Below are positions 57,832 through 64,000 of a stretch of DNA of 64,000 nt, one piece after another. Made by a program: the position numbers and the translations under genes. The notes beneath the pieces were generated by a model, which worked only from the letters and a program-made list of their open reading frames with translations, searched no databases and had not been told where the DNA came from. The stretch comes from an uncultured Woeseiaceae bacterium (GTDB lineage Bacteria; Acidobacteriota; Vicinamibacteria; Vicinamibacterales; UBA823): NCBI GenBank assembly GCA_964569695.1, contig CAZMUA010000016.1:5270-69269 (forward strand), written 5' to 3'. The stretch's first letter is position 1. Every line of letters starts with the position of its first letter.

Positions 57832-59280
57832 TCACTCGAAGTACTTCTGCACGATCCAATCCGGTTGCCACTGATCCGGAAATCGGTCGGCATCACTCAG
57901 GTCAATTGTGGCTGGTTCCGGTGATGGAACGGTAAGTGCTTGAGTATCTCCGAGTTGGTGCTGCCAATTTCTTAATAAGGCCGTGAGGTAGTCGATGCGC
58001 TCTGAGTAGACTTCGTCGTTAGCCAAGTTATGGAGTTCATCCGGATCGGCTTGTAAATCGAACAGTTGCGTATGATCAATCTGAGGGTACCGAATGAGTT
58101 TGTATCGATCGTCGCGCACGGCGCGTGCCACATCACGATATGCCAAAAACAGGGAGTCTCGAATTGATTCCTGTGTGCCCTGCCAGAGGCTCGACAGGTC
58201 GTGTCCATCGATCGCGTCGAGTGGAGGGGTGTTCGTGAGCCTACTGATGGTCGGTACGAGATCGAAAAGATAAGTGAGTGCTGTAGTTTCGCCGTGGGGG
58301 ACGTCCGGGCCGACAATGATCAGAGGGCTTTGCTGGCTATGTTCGTACACGGACTGCTTACCGAGCAGCCCATGTGAACCGACAGCGAGTCCATGGTCAG
58401 CGGCGTAGATGACATACGTGTTGTCGGCGTGATTTGACTCGGCGAGGCCATCGAGGATGCGACCGACTTCAGCATCGAGATGGGAGATGAGCCCGTAATA
58501 TTCGGCTAATTGTTCCTGGATCACCTCCGGGGTCCGCGGCCAACCGGCCAGTCGTTCATCGCGACCCGTTAGGTCGCTGTCGCTATTATTGAAAGGATGT
58601 TGCGGTAAGAAGTTTGTTGGGAGTGGAGGCGGATTTTCGTAATACTGATTCCGATACGGGACGGGTGGCTGTCGCGGATCGTGCGGTGCGGTAAAAGCGA
58701 CATAGGCATAAAATGGCGCCTCTTCCTTATAGTTTTGCAAGAAGTCAATAACGGCGTCGGCAAACACGGTGCTGGAAAAGCCGTCGACCCGATCGTTGAC
58801 CAAGTTACCGTTTTCGTCGAGATCTTGCAGCGGCACCAGGGTATGGTCACTCATACCGCCGAAGAATACAGCCGTACCGCGTTGGAAACTTCGTAACCAG
58901 GAGGCTGGGCCGTTGTGCCACTTCCCGGTCGCGAAGGTGGTGTAACCTTCAGCGCCAAGCACTTCGGGAAGGAGTACCGTGTCACGCAAATCTGGTTCTA
59001 GGCGAAAGTAACTTTTTCCACTGTTGACCATCGCGCGACTGGGGATACACACGGCTCCATGCATGCTGCCCAAATTGTAGTTAGCACGGAAGCTGAATCC
59101 CTCGCGAGCTAATTGATCAAGATGGGGTGTTTCAATGTGAGGATTTCCCCACGCCCCAATCGTATCGGCGCGTTGATCGTCTGCGAATAAAAATAAGATA
59201 TTCGGCCGTGAGGGTGTTGCTGATGTGCATCCAAGGCTGAGAAGGATCGGAGCGAGCCAGTAGAGGTTTCGTGTGTGCAT
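57832..59280 (-). CDS. Cys-type sulfatase (arylsulfatase A family) lipoprotein
   Basis: Start refined to the ATG at 59280 (lipobox LSLGC). NILFLFADDQRAD. Formylglycine motif VCIPSRAMVNSG. Confidence 0.9.
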   Translation of the reverse strand: MHTRNLYWLAPILLSLGCTSATPSRPNILFLFADDQRADTIGAWGNPHIETPHLDQLAREGFSFRANYNLGSMHGAVCIPSRAMVNSGKSYFRLEPDLRDTVLLPEVLGAEGYTTFATGKWHNGPASWLRSFQRGTAVFFGGMSDHTLVPLQDLDENGNLVNDRVDGFSSTVFADAVIDFLQNYKEEAPFYAYVAFTAPHDPRQPPVPYRNQYYENPPPLPTNFLPQHPFNNSDSDLTGRDERLAGWPRTPEVIQEQLAEYYGLISHLDAEVGRILDGLAESNHADNTYVIYAADHGLAVGSHGLLGKQSVYEHSQQSPLIIVGPDVPHGETTALTYLFDLVPTISRLTNTPPLDAIDGHDLSSLWQGTQESIRDSLFLAYRDVARAVRDDRYKLIRYPQIDHTQLFDLQADPDELHNLANDEVYSERIDYLTALLRNWQHQLGDTQALTVPSPEPATIDLSDADRFPDQWQPDWIVQKYFE

Positions 59281-59293
59281 GGATATCTTCTTG

Positions 59294-60130
59294 TTAAGTG
59301 AGGTTTCGTGTTGCCAAAATTTCACGCACCGGCGTTCGATCGCCATTGGCGCTAATCCGTCGTGGCGCAGCGAGGTACCGTATCTTGTAGTCGAGTCGAC
59401 GATAGAGTGCGCGAATGCGACGCGTAGCCTGGTTCACGAGAATGACCGGTCCTGGGTGCTCAACAAGCCATTCGGCGGTTCGCACCTGATCGTCCCACGT
59501 GAAACCTTCTTTTGCATAAGCCGTAAATTGAACATCGTATGGTGGATCGGCATAGACAAAATCTGTCGGCTGGAGTACGAGATCGGAAAAATCTCCAGTA
59601 GTCAATTTCCAATGGTTGAAGATCTTTCGGTAGGACAGAAAGTCGCGGGCGTAATGGATGGTTTTATACCGTCCAAAGGGTACGTTGAACTCGTCGCGTC
59701 GATTGAAGCGACATAATCCGTTGTAGCCCGTGCGGTTTAAATAATAGAACAGTGACGCGGCTTCACGGGTGTGGCTTTTACCGTCCCGGAGTAGGGCATT
59801 AAACCGTGTACGGTGTGTGGTGAAGAGCGAGGCATCATTCTTCATCGCGATCTCAGATTGAAGGCCTTTCTTGAGCCAACGATAAAAGTTAATTAGGTGT
59901 GGATTCACATCGTTGAGGAGTGCCCGTCGTGGTTGGAGTCCAAGCGTGACGGCGAGTCCCCCACAGAAGGGTTCGACCAGGCGACACTTTGTGTGGCCTG
60001 TCCAGAGCGGAAGTAACTGAGGTAATTGCCAGCGTTTTCCACCTGCCCACTTTAATGGTGGGGAGGTTGGGTCATTGGTAGATGTTACTGGGGGCATTTC
60101 CCTACTAGTATTCTCGAAAACTCGGTACAC
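59294..60130 (-). CDS. dam: DNA adenine methyltransferase (Dam/D12-class N6-adenine MTase), no cognate nuclease nearby
   Basis: PLKWAGGKRW, EPFCGGLAV (SAM motif I) and YADPPYD (motif IV). The start is either GTG 60130 or ATG 60097. One 60-nt line sampled in this gene is 47% G+C, against 62% for a line in the neighbouring sulfatase gene. Confidence 0.9.
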   Translation of the reverse strand: MYRVFENTSREMPPVTSTNDPTSPPLKWAGGKRWQLPQLLPLWTGHTKCRLVEPFCGGLAVTLGLQPRRALLNDVNPHLINFYRWLKKGLQSEIAMKNDASLFTTHRTRFNALLRDGKSHTREAASLFYYLNRTGYNGLCRFNRRDEFNVPFGRYKTIHYARDFLSYRKIFNHWKLTTGDFSDLVLQPTDFVYADPPYDVQFTAYAKEGFTWDDQVRTAEWLVEHPGPVILVNQATRRIRALYRRLDYKIRYLAAPRRISANGDRTPVREILATRNLT

Positions 60131-60231
60131 TGCACGCCGTTCCTGCTCAAGGACCGACGACTTACGGTAGGATCATATTGTTGTGGCACCTTGTGGCGAT
60201 GACCTGTTGGCCACCTTGAGGAGGACCAGCG

Positions 60232-61035
60232 ATGTTGTTTCACCGACAAACTTATAGTGTTTGCATACTTGCGGCCGGGTTTTGGCTTAGTGCTGGGTCG
60301 GTTAGTGCGCAGTCGAACCTACCACTTGTGTTCATCCTAGCAGGGCAGTCCAACATGGTGGGCCAAGGTGTGACGGCCGAGTTAACGGCTGACCAGATGA
60401 CCACACCATCCAATGTGACTTATCTCATGGAGACCGGTGAGACAGGGTTGTTCGATCGGGCACGGTTCGGACCCGAAGTGAGTCTAGTGCCACGTTTGGC
60501 GCAGGCTTGGCCAGATCGGGAACTAATTTTCGTGAAACATGCAGTCGGAGGAACCTCACTGCTGGCGTGGGCTCCGGTGTGGGACGCCGCGCGAGCGGAA
60601 CTTACTCGGAACGCGGAGGTCGGCCCACTCTATACTCAACTGCTCGCGATTCTCGACCGGCATGAGTTGCGCGGGGAAGCTGAGATTGGGGCGGTGTTCT
60701 GGATGCAGGGGGAGTCGGATGCGCGGTATCCAGAAGTCGCCGCCGAATATCTTGATAATCTCACCACTCTCATTGCCGCCTTTCGAGACGATTTGCAGAA
60801 TACCGAATTATTGTTCTTGATGGGGCGGGCTAATCCGAGCCCCGAGAGGTATACGGAATTGCCAGTCGTGCAGCGTGCGCAGCAACGCACCGCCGACGAA
60901 TTGGCAGCCGTTCGGGTCATCGACACCGAGGAGCTGTCCAAGCGTGATGACGGCGTGCATTACGATACTGCCGGCGTGCTTGACCTTGGGCACCGATTTG
61001 CAGCGGCCTTGATGGCCGAGCTTCGTAATCCGTGA
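60232..61035 (+). CDS. Exported sialate O-acetylesterase-like (DUF303/CE6-type SGNH) esterase
   Basis: RBS GAGGAGG. Signal peptide present. FILAGQSNMVGQG, GGTSLLAW, WMQGESDA. Confidence 0.75.
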   Translation: MLFHRQTYSVCILAAGFWLSAGSVSAQSNLPLVFILAGQSNMVGQGVTAELTADQMTTPSNVTYLMETGETGLFDRARFGPEVSLVPRLAQAWPDRELIFVKHAVGGTSLLAWAPVWDAARAELTRNAEVGPLYTQLLAILDRHELRGEAEIGAVFWMQGESDARYPEVAAEYLDNLTTLIAAFRDDLQNTELLFLMGRANPSPERYTELPVVQRAQQRTADELAAVRVIDTEELSKRDDGVHYDTAGVLDLGHRFAAALMAELRNP

Positions 61036-61631
61036 GTGATGCGATGAAGCGAACCGTTGTCCTTTTAGTTGTCCTCAGTATGCTTCCCGTCGGCTATCTG
61101 GTGGTAGGCCCGTATCTCACCCTTAATGCCATCAGAACGGCTCTGGAAACCGAAGACCTTGAGCGTTTGACTAAGTATGTGGATTTTCCGGAGTTGCGGC
61201 GTAATGTGCAGTCCCAAGTCCAGGCATTACTGGCCAAGCGGAATCCTACGCCTGATGACGCAGCCCGTGGCAGTGTCGTCGTAGGTGACGTCATCGTGGA
61301 GGCGTTGGTCGAGCGGTTTGTGACGCCGGCGACCATTCTCAGTTGGGCAGCGGGTGAATCAACTGCTCCAATCGCCGAGGCAGAGACGTCAGCGAACCCT
61401 GATGACAGCGTGGTCACACCGGAGACACCACCGCCGTCCAAGACTTTCTTTGGAGACGTCCGCACAAGTTACGAGTCGATCAGCCGCTTTGCGATCTGGG
61501 TGTCGAACGACCGGGACGAGGAGGTCGGCTTTATCCTAACGCGGCGTGGGTTTGTCTGGAAACTGACCAATATTGTTCTACCAGAACACGAACTGCAACA
61601 ACGCACCCTCACCGGTTGGAGTGGTTTGTAA
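61032..61631 (+). CDS. DUF2939-like membrane-anchored protein
   Basis: N-terminal TM followed by L..I..A....D...L..YVDFPELR..V. The start (61032 or ATG 61044) overlaps or abuts the esterase stop. Confidence 0.45.
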   Translation: MSDAMKRTVVLLVVLSMLPVGYLVVGPYLTLNAIRTALETEDLERLTKYVDFPELRRNVQSQVQALLAKRNPTPDDAARGSVVVGDVIVEALVERFVTPATILSWAAGESTAPIAEAETSANPDDSVVTPETPPPSKTFFGDVRTSYESISRFAIWVSNDRDEEVGFILTRRGFVWKLTNIVLPEHELQQRTLTGWSGL

Positions 61632-61824
61632 AAAGGATACGGAGGAACGTACTTTTTAAGGCCGTCGCATTGCATGCCCTGTTCACATTGCGCTACCCAG
61701 CCCGCAGCAGTAAAATCTTCGCCTATGCGTGCATCATCGTGATTAGTGGAGGACAGAACTGACTTCTCCGACGGGGAGCACATCATCGTATGCTGACGAT
61801 AACAGCACCGCATACCGTCTGCTG

Positions 61825-62550
61825 TTGGAGATCGAGGTGGTCCTTCGCGAGCTCGTCGCTCAAGCGTATAAGGACGAATACGGGAAGGGTTGGGAAAAGC
61901 AACTACCAGGGGATTTGCGAGTAGTTATTAAAGAGAGGCAGGATGATGAAACCGGCCGGAAAGAATTTGATTTCAGAACGCTCGGTGCGCTCTATTACTT
62001 ATCTTTTGGTGACCTGGTTAAGGTCTTGAGCCAAAATGTCGGGAAAGAAGTTACAGCACAATTTGGTGGCGCTGCGTTCCATAAGGAACTGGAGAAATTG
62101 CTGATTCCGCGCAATGCGGTCGCTCATAGTCGCCCCGTTTCATCTGTAGGACTTCAGGCGGTGAAACTCGTGCACGGCAAGCTAGAGAGTGCGTTAACGC
62201 GGGACGGCATGGATGCACGCCTAAAGGATCCCGCGGTAGGTTTGACTCCCAGTGAAGTGATTCCGGACCTGCGTGTGTGGGTCCAGAAGGTGATCAAGAC
62301 CACCGAGAAACTCGATGGTCCCTGTGACGTGTCTACAGATTACGCGCGAGCGTCTGCCCAGTACTGGTGGGGAGATTCTGCGCTCGCAGGGTTTGACACG
62401 ACCTCGGTCGATGCTTTTGTTGGAGTGGTCGAACAGTACAATGCACTACCCGAGATGTTGGGTGTGGCTGAGCAGCGGCGCCAACTCTTGAGCAAGACGG
62501 ACTGGACAGGCCTATCATCGAGAGTACTAGAGAGCCTCGGGGAGGAGTGA
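61825..62550 (+). CDS. Swt1-like HEPN-domain protein (predicted RNase) with an uncharacterised ~115-aa C-terminal domain
   Basis: TTG start. LEIEVVLRELVAQAY...GKGWEKQLP...LYYLSFGDLVKVL...LEKLLIPRNAVAHSRPVS contains the Rx4H HEPN catalytic motif in the Swt1-like context. Confidence 0.7.
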   Translation: MEIEVVLRELVAQAYKDEYGKGWEKQLPGDLRVVIKERQDDETGRKEFDFRTLGALYYLSFGDLVKVLSQNVGKEVTAQFGGAAFHKELEKLLIPRNAVAHSRPVSSVGLQAVKLVHGKLESALTRDGMDARLKDPAVGLTPSEVIPDLRVWVQKVIKTTEKLDGPCDVSTDYARASAQYWWGDSALAGFDTTSVDAFVGVVEQYNALPEMLGVAEQRRQLLSKTDWTGLSSRVLESLGEE

Positions 62551-62557
62551 TATCCAC

Positions 62558-64000
62558 TTGTCGCATCAACCGAATCCCTACGTGCGTGCGCCCATTAAGG
62601 ATCGAGAGAACCTCGCTGGGCGACGCCAAGAACTAAAGGACATTGAGTACTACTTTAGTCTCACCGCAGCAGATCAAAATCCACACCTCGCGCTGATTGG
62701 GGAACGTGGATCTGGGAAGACCAGCCTCCTCAATGTCGCGGAAGCAGTAGCTCAAAAGAAAAAACTCTTGACGCTTCGCCTCGACCTAGATGAACAGAAG
62801 GTTGAATCCATGGGGCGTTTCTGGACCAGCTTCTACAGCGCGCTCTGTTCGCAGGCAGCTAAGGCTGGTTGCTGGGGAGGCGAGAAGGGACCTATATACC
62901 AAGCGCTGCTACAGATGCTACACACCAACACGGTGCCTGACAATGCGATGGCGGTCTTAACATTTCCCATGGTGCGCGCAAGTCACACGGGCACTCCAGC
63001 TGATCTCGATTGCGCGGACGAAGTCATTGTTGACGATCTAGACCGTCTTATTCATGACAGCCTGAAGGAACGGGGACTCCAAGGGTTAGTGGTTTTGATC
63101 GATGAGGCTGACTGTTTAGGGCAGAACAAACCCCTCTTACAGAAACTTCGCAATGTGTTCCAGAGGCTCTCAGGTGCGTCGTTGGTTTTGGCTGGTACTA
63201 ACAACATCTTCCCGACCATGGAGGAGGTGTTTTCTCCAATGCCACGGCAATTCCACCAGATCGAGGTGCGTCCGTTTTCAAATTTGTTTGACACATACAG
63301 GATGGTGCAAAGTCCTCTTAAAAACAAAGACCTTAGGCCAGCACTCGATCAGATCGAGTCCTTGCATAGGACATGCGGAGGAGACCCGTCTGTCGTGCAA
63401 TTGTATTGTCACAACATGTACCGGCTCATGATTGAGGAGCGGAAGAACGATCGGATGTCGCTCCACCCAGACGTCTTTAAAGCCGTACTTAGTGAGTTCC
63501 GGACTAATACGTCAGAAGATAACTTGCGAGTACTGGACGCGCTTGACCATCTCCCTGATCAGATTCTTCTCAACTCCCCTTGGCTGTGTTCCAGGAAGTT
63601 GACACCAGACGAGTGGAAGAAATTAGGCCACTTAGTAAGTGGACTTAAAGACGGCCGTAAGGCAACGCCTGCAGCACGTGAGAAGCTAGCAGAAAGGATC
63701 AAGGACAGCCTCAGAATTCTCTTCGAGGCAGGTATCACGACCACAGCTGACCGGTTTCAGCTAAAGGGCGAACCGGTCACAAGCAGTTACTGGACATCTC
63801 TTACGGAACAGAGGAAAGAAAAAGAGTGGAAATGGAGAGATGGAAGTTGGTCCGAGGAGGCCATAAACCTTGTTGAAAATGGTCTCGTGGGTGATCCGAA
63901 GTTAAATGGAATTCGACCGGGCACGGACGTGGAGGACACAGAGGCAAGCGAGCAGAGTTTTTATGCAGCGTTGAATCGAATAAGGACGGGTCAACCGCTG
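62558..64000 (+). CDS. STAND/AAA-type P-loop ATPase (arch-ATPase/ORC-Cdc6-like), 3' partial. It is absent from the supplied ORF track because it has no stop codon in the window.
   Basis: The frame is open for 481 codons from TTG 62558 to the window end (hand-translated). The RBS GGAGGAG lies 11 nt upstream, inside the end of the HEPN gene. N-terminal RENLAGRRQELKDIEYYF. Walker A GERGSGKTS. Walker B GLVVLIDEAD. Helical-lid segment TCGGDPSVVQLYCHNMY. Confidence 0.75.
   Translation, partial: MSHQPNPYVRAPIKDRENLAGRRQELKDIEYYFSLTAADQNPHLALIGERGSGKTSLLNVAEAVAQKKKLLTLRLDLDEQKVESMGRFWTSFYSALCSQAAKAGCWGGEKGPIYQALLQMLHTNTVPDNAMAVLTFPMVRASHTGTPADLDCADEVIVDDLDRLIHDSLKERGLQGLVVLIDEADCLGQNKPLLQKLRNVFQRLSGASLVLAGTNNIFPTMEEVFSPMPRQFHQIEVRPFSNLFDTYRMVQSPLKNKDLRPALDQIESLHRTCGGDPSVVQLYCHNMYRLMIEERKNDRMSLHPDVFKAVLSEFRTNTSEDNLRVLDALDHLPDQILLNSPWLCSRKLTPDEWKKLGHLVSGLKDGRKATPAAREKLAERIKDSLRILFEAGITTTADRFQLKGEPVTSSYWTSLTEQRKEKEWKWRDGSWSEEAINLVENGLVGDPKLNGIRPGTDVEDTEASEQSFYAALNRIRTGQPL

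Noticed and set aside
61632-61662. AAAAGGATACG-GAGGAA-CGTACTTTTT after the DUF2939-like gene, considered as a terminator
   Set aside because: The stem has only 4 Watson-Crick pairs before mismatches, which is too weak to call.
61469-61813. 114-aa minus-strand ORF spanning the DUF2939 gene end and the 193-nt intergenic region
   Set aside because: Most of it is antisense to the DUF2939-like CDS. It has no RBS and no recognisable motifs.
1-64000. Search by eye for tRNA or rRNA genes, CRISPR repeat arrays, IS elements, integrases and prophage genes
   Set aside because: No tRNA T-arm-type motif occurs outside coding frames. There are no short direct repeats at regular spacing and no transposase- or integrase-like ORFs. 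The only tandem repeat is the coding Sel1 array.

Overview
The window is a densely coding 64-kb chromosomal segment with about 51 protein genes. I found no rRNA, tRNA, CRISPR array, transposase or integrase. Shine-Dalgarno sites, lipoboxes, an outer-membrane-type barrel protein and 8 twin-arginine (Tat) signals point to a diderm heterotroph. I guess an uncultivated marine or sponge-associated lineage such as Gemmatimonadota or Acidobacteriota, but this is inference only. Most genes encode exported degradative enzymes: S9, M28, M61 and metzincin peptidases, two Cys-type sulfatases, GH127, a DUF2961/GH172-like protein, a CE6-like esterase and a PQQ dehydrogenase. The rest are transporters (APC, NSS), pyruvate kinase and a 3-hydroxyanthranilate branch of tryptophan catabolism. 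All family assignments come from motifs I recognise by eye; no database search was run.

Five things are worth a second look:
1. A selenocysteine-recoded formate dehydrogenase at the left edge. The ORF track truncates it at an in-frame TGA, and a SECIS-like hairpin follows.
2. A Tat-exported D-amino-acid-oxidase homologue whose sequence order is circularly permuted relative to canonical DAAO.
3. A tightly packed hydroxylase / GH3 amido-synthetase / enolase-superfamily / polytopic-membrane cassette at 39.4-45.3 kb. It looks like an undescribed acyl-amino-acid or aminolipid pathway.
4. A lower-G+C right end carrying an orphan Dam methylase.
5. In the same right end, a Swt1-like HEPN gene coupled to a STAND/AAA-type ATPase. 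The ATPase ORF runs off the window and is absent from the ORF track. Together they are a candidate two-gene defence module.
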